This document shows, piece by piece, positions 49,339 through 59,700 of a DNA stretch of 64,000 nucleotides. Each line of letters begins with the position of its first letter. Within the stretch, counting starts at the first letter, position 1. A model generated the notes under the pieces. It was not told where the DNA came from and made no database searches. It was given only the letters and a program-made list of their open reading frames with translations. This stretch comes from Plasmodiophora brassicae (Eukaryota). Where the stretch lies: the NCBI GenBank assembly GCA_036867785.1, contig CP145416.1, positions 186,001 through 250,000 on the forward strand, read 5' to 3'. The position numbers were made by a program, and so were the translations under genes.

Positions 49339-50721
49339 ATGAGCAACGACGACGATGGGCGCGTCATGGCCGCTTACGGTCCCGCATTGGGGCGCCTGCT
49401 GCAGTTGGAGGCGATCTGTCAGGGTCACCTGGAGCGTGTCACTCAAGATGTCATCGCCCCGTTGCTGCGTCAGTGTCGCAGCCTGCGTCGGGCCCTGCGT
49501 GCAACGTCGGCGGGCGTCCGCCTGGCCACGTTCCGCTCCCTGATCCATAGCCGGCGCCGTTACCTGAACAGGTTGCAGGGCGGGTTGCCGCCCGACCAGG
49601 TCGCCCCGCTGATGGCCGACCATCTGGACGGTATCGTCGAGGGCACATTGCGCTGGCAGCAAGATGCCCCGGGCGTCCTGGACGCCCTGGACGCCGTCCG
49701 ACGCGATGCCACCGTGAACCTATACCGACACGGATTGGGGGACGTCCAGGCCGCTCGGCACCTGGCCACGGTGGCACCAGGGGATCAGCGTCATCGGGTC
49801 GGTTTGCAGGCGGACAGCCCCGTCGACCTGGCCAGTGCCCTAGTCCTGCCGCTGACGATGGTTGTCGATCTGGAGCGCTGCTCCCGTGGCGTACCGGCCG
49901 TGCATGGCAAGTTCGCCCACCTGCTGTGGCAGATGGGACGCCGGGGACGCCCCCACCTGCAGGATCTGCTCAGGAAGGCCGTCCTGCTGTCCGTCCAGAA
50001 CGCCGTCCAGTACGGCCCGAGCCTGCTTGGCGCCAGCCGCCGTCGACGATTTCGAATGGCGGCAACGTTCCACGGTGCGAATGGCGACCTGATCGTGTAC
50101 GCGTTCGACGACATGGTGATGTGGTGCGAGGCCAAGGACGCGGACGCCATCATCATTGGACATGCAGAGGTTGGCCGCCTGCTCCTGCATAGCCAGTCAC
50201 CGGTCGTGATTGGCATCGCCGGCGAAGCGCATCGCTGGCGACTGGCCGATGGTCATAACGGGGGGCCCTGGTGCGACCTGATCAGGAGGGGTGCCAGTGC
50301 CGCCCCAGACAAGGTCAACGTGCGTGGTCCCATACGACACGGCAGCCTGCTGAATCGGTACCCGCCCTCTGAACTGACCATTGATGTACTCGCCGCTGCC
50401 ACGACGGACGCCGCCGCCGACGACGACCCGACGACAAGCAGGGTCACGTCGTTGGACCGTGTGGTGGAGGACGGGCACCCGCCGGCCACCATTGTCGTCG
50501 GCACTGGCGACTACCCGCTGCAGCTGGCCGAATGCCTCGTCGCTCGCCTGCACCTGGACCGGAGGATGGCCGGTCCTATAGCCGGCCGTATATGGCGACT
50601 TGTCGATCGGTACGGGCAGCAGGTACGGCAGCGTCGCCAGGAGCACATCCCGGTCAAGTTCCTACACGGACGCGCCCAGGCCTTGTACAAGGCCCGACGG
50701 GTCGCCAACGAGTGCCTGTGA
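49339..50721 (+). CDS. Hypothetical protein, possibly a divergent DH-PH (RhoGEF-like) protein
   Basis: LGRLLQLEAICQGHLERV..VIAPL and DLASALVLPL resemble DH conserved regions. VYAFDDMVMWC resembles PH strands. Confidence 0.45.
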   Translation: MSNDDDGRVMAAYGPALGRLLQLEAICQGHLERVTQDVIAPLLRQCRSLRRALRATSAGVRLATFRSLIHSRRRYLNRLQGGLPPDQVAPLMADHLDGIVEGTLRWQQDAPGVLDALDAVRRDATVNLYRHGLGDVQAARHLATVAPGDQRHRVGLQADSPVDLASALVLPLTMVVDLERCSRGVPAVHGKFAHLLWQMGRRGRPHLQDLLRKAVLLSVQNAVQYGPSLLGASRRRRFRMAATFHGANGDLIVYAFDDMVMWCEAKDADAIIIGHAEVGRLLLHSQSPVVIGIAGEAHRWRLADGHNGGPWCDLIRRGASAAPDKVNVRGPIRHGSLLNRYPPSELTIDVLAAATTDAAADDDPTTSRVTSLDRVVEDGHPPATIVVGTGDYPLQLAECLVARLHLDRRMAGPIAGRIWRLVDRYGQQVRQRRQEHIPVKFLHGRAQALYKARRVANECL

Positions 50722-52899
50722 TACGAATGGCGGTGCATCCATGCATGGCACACCGATATATAACCGCTTCGTCCCCCGGGTTGACACGATACAGTCGGGT
50801 GCGATGTCTATTGAGGAACGTTGTACGGCAAGTTGGCACAGGGACGGGTGGGCACCCGGTGGTGCCAGGTCGCGAGTCGCAGCAGGTCGGTCGACTGGGC
50901 TGACTCACAGCCCAGTCTCGACCCAGTGAGCACTCCAGTGACTTATGACGATCGACGGGGCACTACGACGTACGGCCGCTAGTATTAGGCAGTACGACTA
51001 GGGGGTAGGCGCCCGGCACGTCAGTCGACGTAGGCGTCCGGTTGGGCCCAGATCACGGCGGCGGGCTCGCCATTCACCACATCCACACGTCGGCCGAAGC
51101 ACACACCCGCCTGCCGATGAAGGTCGTTGACGGCGTCAAATCCAGGGCGCCCCCGCTGGCCGTTGTCGTCGCCACTATCGCCAGGCAGCACCGGCGCCGT
51201 CGCCGCCAGCCGCAGATCATCCACATGGCAACGATCGCCGACCCTGGCCCAATGCGATATGGCGCCACAGCAGCAGCAGTCTGGGCCAGCAGCCGGAGCA
51301 GGCGACCGTATCCCCACCCGGCCTGGGCGCGCGCCAATATTGCTGCCCGAACAACATGGACGTCGTGTGTCCCTGTTGACCACGATGACTGGGCGACGAC
51401 CGTATCCGAGACGAACCAGACCGCGACGTCGATATCGCTGGCAAGCACGCGCGCTGCCGCTGACCAGCTCACCGGTCTCACTACGATTACCGGTCGACAC
51501 GGCCGTATGGCCACCGCAGACGACAACGATACGGTCAGCGTGGGGACGGGCGAGTGCAGTGCGGCGTACAGCGTCGTCGGCGATTCGGACGACGACGTCA
51601 GGAGCGGCGCGGCCACCATCGACAGTCGGCGACGATAACATGCAGGATCACGTGGGCTGCCCGAGGGCGTCGTTTAGGCGCGCGAGCACCCTACCTGATA
51701 CGCTGGCCGAGCCGCCCAGATCACGTGGACCTGCCGCGCGCCTGATCATCGCTACTAAACACAATAGTCAGCAGCACGTACAGCAGGCCGCGGCCGGCAG
51801 GTGATCGGGGAGGTCAGCTGGGTTTGTATGGGAGAATCGATCAGCGCTTTGTCCTGCAGTGCACGGGCATACATATGCAAGACGTATCTCTAGTATGGTG
51901 TATGTATACGATCTCCATCGGTATCAGCAGGGGGGCCGGGCCCCGTCTGGCTGTACGTCGTCGTGTTGTGCGTGGCGCCGCGCGATGGGGCGACCGCGCG
52001 CGCGCCCCGCACCATTCAGGGTGCCGCCTGCACACGGCATCGCGTCGTCGCTGCTGGTTCGTCATGTCGCTCGTGTGGCGCTTCGCCCGCCGGTTCCTAT
52101 CGGTCGTCCATGTTGCTGATGCGCCGGTACTGCCCCGACCTGCCGCCAGCACGGCGCCATCGATGCGCGCGCACCTGACCACGACGTCGACCGGTGCGGA
52201 CGGCGATGGACAACAGAAGCCGCACCTCAACAAGAAGGGCAAGCTGTAAGACGGTGCATGCGCTCGAACGCATGTCGTCTGTATACTGATGAACTGGATG
52301 GGACTGGGTAGGGCGAAAAAGAAGCACCGTAAGAAGCAGGGCAAGCAGGTATCCCTGCGGTACCGCGGTTAAACGAACAGGACCTGTTGTTCGCTTCAAT
52401 CCAACTCATTTGGTTATCGGCGATCGTCCAATGCCTGCTACTGGTGACCCATATGGCTATACTGCGGAAGTACCGTTTGTAACACTGTCCCATTTTAGTA
52501 CTTGCTGTGCTTGCAACTGTCTTGTACTGGCTTGAGACGTAGGACGCTAGGTGAAGTGGAACACACGAACGCTACGGCGATGCAGAGAGCGTGCGTGGGA
52601 CGTGATGTATCGAAGTTCGGAACACGAGTGATCCTGGGGTGGGGTCGCGAGACCACATGGCAGTGCATGACATCGGGTTTTAGGCATGTACCCACACCCG
52701 TACCCGGCCGCCGCGAGGACAACCCCACCCGCACCCGTACCCGACCGGTCGGATGTAAAACATCATACCCACACCCGATCCGACCCGCGGCAGGGAATTA
52801 CCAGCCCATACCCGATGCACACGGCCCGACGATCCAGTTTCGTGGCCACACCCGGCCGGCCGATCAAAGTTAGATGCTTTATTTGAGATCCCTGTTAGA

Positions 52900-54245
52900 T
52901 GTGGTGACCAACCGTCGAATGAGGCACAAACGTGTGTACGTGAAAGTGTAATGAGAATCGTGGGCAGCGGGGGCAGCTGCCAGGACAGTAGGTCACAGGG
53001 CGTGCGACGTCATGACGTGACCAGGTCACGTGTACAGGTCCGATATCACTCCCCTCCAGACGGCGGAGACGGCGATGAAGAGGAGGACCTGAGATCGGAG
53101 GATGAAGCCAATGGGCCTGGGCGTGTGTCTTTGCTGGATCGGGTGACTTGAGCTGTGGCGTTGCGCGTGCACCAGTACTATATATACTGGATGGGGGCCG
53201 TGGAGATAAAGTTGGACGCGGGTTCCCAGGAATTGTGAGAAGCGTCGTAACCGCGCCGCTGAACGAGGTAACGGCGCGCGTGCTGAGGTCCCTTGTAATC
53301 CAAGATCCGGTCGACGAGGCACGTGTCTGGATCGAGTTCCGGTGGGATGGATGCCAGTTTGAGGTAGGACGGTGGAGGATTACGGGGAAAGGCCTGACTG
53401 TTGGAGCCAAGCAGTACATACGTTCCGCCGCGGGTGCGACGAAGTACATTAAAGGGGCCGACGTAGTACGGCTCGATCTTGGTGGAGCGCGTGTGGTCTC
53501 GGACCATGATCATAGATCCTACGGGAAACGTATCACTCTTGAGAATACGGTGACGCCGGGCGAACGCCGCGATGGCTGCCGATGCGTGCGACGCGTGACG
53601 GTCGCGTATTGCCGGGAAAATGACCTCTTGCGCCCACTGAACGCTCCGGCGAACGTCGCTGTAGGAGATGTCAGCCACCGGCATATCCATGAAATCGCCG
53701 AACAGGTTGCATGGTCGCGTGTGCATGATCGTGAACGGTTGGGACGCATGCTTGTCCGCGACCTTAAGGTTGAAGAACAGTTGCGCGGCCGGCACGTAAC
53801 GGTCCCAGTTCGCGTCCTCGGCGTTCAGCAGCTTCTTCCCTGTGACCTACTGTCCTGGCAGCTGCCCCCGCTGCCCACGATTCTCATTACACTTTGTGTA
53901 GCCTCACGTACACACGTTTGTGCCTCATTCGACGGTTGGTCACCACATTTTTACGTGAAGACCCTGAGTACCACCACGGAAGAGGACCCGGTCCAAGATC
54001 CTGCTCCCGGGGTGGCGCCGCCGATGGTGCAGGGTCTTGGACCGGCCGGGTCCTCTTCCATGGCGGTACTCAGGGTCTTCACGTAAAACATGTAGTGACC
54101 AACCGTCGAATGAGGCACAAACGTGTGTACGTGAGGCTACACAAAGTGTAATGAGAATCGTGGGCAGCGGGGGCAGCTGCCAGGACAGTAGGTCACAGGG
54201 CGTGCGACGTCACGTGACCAGGTCACGTGTACTGCAGGTCCGACA
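52900..54245 (-). mobile_element. Non-autonomous Ty3/Gypsy chromovirus derivative (LTRs 52900-53045 and 54091-54245, TSD TTAGA)
   Basis: ~150-bp direct LTRs with TG...CA-type ends. TTAGA on both flanks. PPT GGAGGGGAG next to the 3' LTR. Integrase tail (YVGPFNV) and chromodomain (VDRILD...RYLV..GY...NSWEPASN). Confidence 0.88.
53838..54200. repeat. Long inverted repeat (arms ~53838-54004 and ~54029-54200, 24-nt loop)
   Basis: The LTR part plus leader ttttacgtgaagaccctgagtacc...ggtccaaga.cctgc is present in both orientations. Confidence 0.9.
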
Positions 54246-56709
54246 TTAGAGCGCAGGCACATGAGCATGTTCTGTGTCGCTGGCTTCAGTCCGTTGCGCT
54301 TGGTGGTGGCCGTGTTGCAAGCATCAGAAAATTTGTTCTCGGACTTGGAGCTCGCCGCCGGAATGGCGAGAACCGATCGAACTGCGAGCGCGATGATGGG
54401 CCAAGTTGACGCCTTGGCCTTCCACCAGCCAAGTAGCGTCCCTGACTTGTGATTTCCCGACTTGAACATCGCCTTGTCTTCCTTGGTCACGCAATACGAG
54501 GCATTGGGCGAGTAGCTCCAAGTTGACCCATATTTTCAAAGCGGCTAGAGCCACCGCCTCGCTGTCAGCCGCGCCATCTGTCGATACCGCATGGCCCTGT
54601 CATACCTCCGAGGCCAAATTTTATGACGTCATGACGTCATAAAGGCGTCATAAGGCGTCATAGGCGTCATAAGGCGTCATAACCACGAAACATATATGGC
54701 AAAAGGTAGTACATCAATCATTCGTCATCTTGCTCACTGTCCGAATCTGGTAGAGCAACATCTGCATCTGTTTCGACAGCGTTCCAGTCTTGAAGTGGCG
54801 CAGAAGATGGGTCTGCAGCCAGTAGAGACTGCAACTCCATGATCAATTCGACCTGCAACAGATGGCCTTCAGAGAACATAGAACGCGCTCCCGACATGGA
54901 TTGGAGAAGCCTGCTGAAAGCTGAATCTCTGGGCGGAAGGTCCTTCTCGTGCCGTAGTTGCACGTTATTGTAGACACAGGCAACCTGCTTGTCGGCCTTT
55001 ACGGGATTGAAGTTGTTCCGTTCTTGACTTTCAATGCGCGCCATAACTTTGAAGTTCCGCTCTCCTCCATTGGATGACGCCACGAGAGTGAACACGGGAA
55101 TGGCGATCAATTTGGCAAGATCGCGCCAAAATGCCTGGAATAAACCCCAAGCGACCTTGGGATGCATAACAGCATTCGCCCGAACCAGCGAGTTCTCCAT
55201 GCCGGTCACAAGAAAGTCGGAGTACTGGTTGACTAAGCGTTGCCAGGTTCCATCGCCGTCTTCCACACCCAAGTTCTTCATCCGCAAATTATGCAGCCAT
55301 TGCATGGCCAGGATGCTTTCAGCCTGAACGTGTTCGCCTCCAAGTTGTGTAATACCATCCGCCCGCAGGGAAATGAACAAGGGATCCAGCATGAAAGCTA
55401 GGTACAGAACCGGATGGCGGATACGGAGCCAGCGACGATCGAGGCATGCGATCAGGCGTTCCAATTCTGACCGATCGAAATGCAGGACGGAACGAAACCC
55501 GGAGAGCGACGGGTCCGTTGAGTAGTCCAGGAGAACTTTCTTGATAAACAAGAACGAAGCGACTGTCGAGGAGCATGGAACGACATCCCCTTCGAGGTGC
55601 CGACTCACGTACACCAACTGGCGGGTAATGTAGGTCGTACGTAGCCTTGATGGAATACCAGAAACGCCGACTGGTGACGACAGCTTTCAGTCGGGGTGGC
55701 AGGTCACAATCGAATGACGAATCTTTCAGCCCATACGACGCATACTCGACAAAAACGTCCTGTAAGCTGCTGCAGGTTGAGAGGAGTTTGTCAATGAAGC
55801 CAAACCAGGTGTAGCTTAAGCTTGGCGGGTGAACGACTTTCTTGAGATGGGTTTGCATGCATGTCGCGAGGAACGCCATCGGCCGATGCGACTGCCGAAA
55901 GAACGAATGTAGCTCAGAAACATCACAAATCAATCCTAGAGAGAACGCAAATTCAGCAACTAACGACCGCACCAAAGGCCGACAGTGCTTCCCTACCTTT
56001 GACAACCGGATTCTTGGCAAAATCTTTACAGAAGTTGTGAATCGAGTGAACTGGGTCACCGTAAGACACGACATCAGGATCTCGACTCCTGCCAGCCCTC
56101 ATCACGTTCGTCGAATCCGAAAGTATCCCCATAGCCAAGGGACGCGTCGGTTGGCACTTCGAAATTCCGCGGACAGGACCTGACGTGCCTCTGTGGTTCA
56201 TACGTTAGCAGAAGCGAAATACAACAGATGTTGTTCTTACTGCAGAACATGCCGTACACATAGTCAGCGTCGGCCTTTTCGGTATCCTTGTTGTGCCGAC
56301 TGAAATAATACGGGCGAGACACGCTACCATCATATTGTGCAGCGATTGATGTTTCGAGTTGGACCAGCCATCCGTTGTGAGAGCGACTGCTTCCGATTGC
56401 GTAATTATACGCATGGTACGACACATGACGTCCTCATATAACAATGGCAAGTGCACGTTCGACACGTACTCGGCAGTGGGTGGTTGATAATTGATCGGCA
56501 AGAGTTCGAACGCGGCCTTGAACTCAGGACTTTCGAGAATATCGAATCCTTTGCCCTTCAATATCACCGCAGAGCAAAGTGCAAACTCAAAGGCCTCGCG
56601 ACGGGCCCGATCCCAAGGCATCTTGGCTACGTAGTCGGTCATTCGTGTTTGGGAAGTTGCTGTGGGCGACGGCAACGATTCCTGCGAATTAAGGACAGTA
56701 CTGGTAGAT

Positions 56710-59700
56710 TGAGAAGGACAATAATGAAGTGGATGTATTACGTACGGCGTGTGCGGCGGACGTTACAGTGGCGACGTAGTCGCCGACGGTGTAACGGTTG
56801 CCAACGCCGGCGGGCACGGAGTCGCGGAGTTCGTGACGGCGTTCACGTGCTGCAGGCATGTGCTGCTGGTCGTAGTGGATACGTTGTTCGACACGCCCCC
56901 TCCAGCAGCACACGGCCTGGGACTTGTGTCGATGATGCCGGCCAGGAGCAGGTTCGCATGATACGAGGTGCTGAGAGCGGGCTTCGTGAGGTAGTCTGCA
57001 GCCATCTCGGCGGACGGGCACTTGTGGACCACGATCAAACTGGCCTCGACGGCCTCCCGGGTGTAGTGAAACTGCACCTCGATGTCCTTCGTGCGATCAT
57101 CCATCCGACGATAGCCAGACCAGGCCTTCGCGCCTTGATTGTCCTCGTATACGATCGTCGGACTGGAGCGTGCGAAGCCGATTTCGGTCAGGAATGACCG
57201 GATCCAGGCCAGCTGGCGGGTAACAGCACACAGCGACTTGATCTCTGCATGTGTGGACGATAAGCTAACTTTGACTGCGCCCAGGTCTTGGCGACGTGAC
57301 TGCCAGTGCACGGGGCCGCCAGCCAGCAGGATGATGTGGCCGGAGCGCGACCGTCGCGTGTCAGGGTCGGATGCCCAATCAGCGTCGGCGTATGCGATCA
57401 GACGATCTTCGGGCTGGCGTTCGTATCGGATGCCGTGCGTCATGGTGCCGGCGAGGTACTTAAGAACGCGTTGCCCCGCACGCCAATGCTGGATGCCGGG
57501 ATTCGAGGAGAATTGGGCCAGTACATTCGTTATGTACGCGATGTCGGGACGGCATCGATGGGCGAGCCATGTCAGGCAGCCAATAAGTTTGAGGTACGGC
57601 TTGGTCGCCATTTCGTCACGGTCGAGGTCGCTTTGTGGACTCATTGTCGTTGATAGGTGAACGCCAGGCTGGTGCGGCGTGTCGACCGGATGACAATGCG
57701 ACATGTTGAAGTCGCTCAACACCTTCTCGATGTACTCGGCTTGGTCAAGGGTGATGGCGCCGGTGCCAGGTTCGCGTCGGATGCGCATGCCAAGCAGGGT
57801 CGACGGTTCACCTTGATCGGTGATCTCGGCCATCGTGGAGAGCTTCTCGAGAACGGATTCCGCGAACGGGACGTCATTGTACGCCAGCAGACCGTCGTCG
57901 GTGTGCACCGACATGATCATGAACTTTCCATCGCGATCGTACCGGAAGACGCAGGGGTCCGCGATGATCGATTCGAATCCGAGTGATAACAGCATCTCCC
58001 GAAGCGTCTTGTACCAACGTTCGGCGCCTTGTTTCGTTCCATAAAGGGCCTTTTGCAGTTGACGAACTCGGTACGGGACGTGATGATCGGTGAAGCCATC
58101 CGGCTGACGAATGTAAACATCATGGAGCATGTCGGCGTTCAGGTATGCGGCCACCCAGTCGACCTGGCGAAGATGCAGGCCGTGCTGCGCCGCGAGCGCT
58201 AGGATAACGAGGAACGCAGTGGCACGGGCGGTCGGCGCGAACGTATCGTCGAAGTCGATGCCGGGGCGTTGTCGGAAGCCCTGAGCACAGAGTCGGGCGG
58301 TGAACTTGCGGATGCCACCGTTGCCACTGAGCGAGGACTTCACTCGGAACACCCACTTGGCGCCAACAGCGATCTTACTTTTCGGCAGGTCGATTAGCGG
58401 GCCGAACGTGTCCTTGGCGTCCAGTGTTGCCATCTGGGTGACGGCGGCGTCCCACCAGTGGCCAGCGAAAGGTGATGAGAGGGCATCGGCCATTGAGTTG
58501 GGTACGGGAATGTCGGTCGCTTTCAGCTTCGACAGGTCGGGTCGTGGTAGACGGGCTGGGTCGATCGGGGCGGATACCTTGGCTCGACATGCCTTGGCAG
58601 CTGCGCCGCGACATGTCGGACGGTTGGACCTGATGGCCTGATCGATCAGACGGCGCTCCTCAACCTGCTGCCAATGCCGGATCAGTCGGCGGGAGCGACG
58701 AGGAGGGCGCTGTGTCGGGAACGTTAGGGTCGGATTCTGGAACCAGGCGTCGACCGTCGAGGACCACCGTGTCGACGAACGATTGGCCGCCTCCGGCGCC
58801 TTCCACCATTCACCAGGCGGTTGACGACGACGATTCGATCGGCGAGGGCGTGGCACGTCGATGACATTGTGGTCAACGATATCAGCAGCATCGGAATTGT
58901 CGTGGACGTCGGGGTCGGCAGCTTCGTTGGGAGAGTCGTTGCTGGACGCCGAACCTTCGTAGTCGGGATCATCTTCAGCGTCATCATCATCTTCGTCGGT
59001 GGATACGTCATCAGGAGACGGTGAGCGCGACGGTCGGACGATCTCGGAAGGCGATGACGCAGCGGCAGGTGACGGAGGCTCGGGAGGGGATGCTGCGAGA
59101 GAGGATGCTGACGTCGATGGTAGAGGTGCCATGACGGCGTCGGAAGAGACGGGCGTCGGGACGATCGTGTCAACGTTCGGCGCAGAGCTCGACTCGGGAC
59201 TGGACGGTGGCGCTGATGATGAACTAGCAGGGCTGGATCTTCCAAAGCCGAATGTGAACGAGGTCTCCAGGAACTCGGCAGTCGTGCTCTCGAACGTGTC
59301 TTCCCGGTCCACGTCGTAGAACCGCCAAGCCTTCATGCCGGGCGTGAAACCGATAAACACAGCGCGAACACGACGAGGCTCCAACTTGCTCGGCTTCTTC
59401 GTGGCTGGATGCGGTCGCATGGCATAGGCATCGCAACCGTAGACACGAAGGGCCGAGATGTTAGGTAGGGCGCGACGAGCAGCCTCGAACGATGTGCGAC
59501 GCCCGGGAAGGACTGATCTGGGGTGGATGTTGTACAGTATCGCAGAGTAGGACAGCGACCAGGGCCACGTGGAGTCAGGCATGCGAGAGTGGCACCGGAT
59601 TGAGCTTTCGATACCGCAGAGCGTGTGGTTGACGCTTTCAGCGCGGCCGTTCTGCTCGGGCGTGTACGGGACAGATTTGCGGTGCAGGATGCCGGACTCG

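Larger units (their letters stand above)
52681..54589 (-). mobile_element. hAT DNA transposon remnant (3' part), interrupted by an LTR element and by a second hAT
   Basis: hAT dimerisation peptide WWK..ASTWPIIALAVRSVLAIPAASSKSENKFS...RNGLKP. The ORF resumes across the LTR insertion (RSN|RDLK*). ACCCG-type subterminal repeats at 52690-52815. Confidence 0.75.

Noticed and set aside
51021-52400. Short ORFs at 51042-51638 and 52064-52350
   Set aside because: Low complexity, no recognisable domain and ambiguous strand; cannot support a gene call.
54620-54685. Short GGCGTCATA repeats resembling a CRISPR or regulatory array
   Set aside because: No unique spacers. Mirrored at 62350-62410, so they are hAT subterminal repeats.
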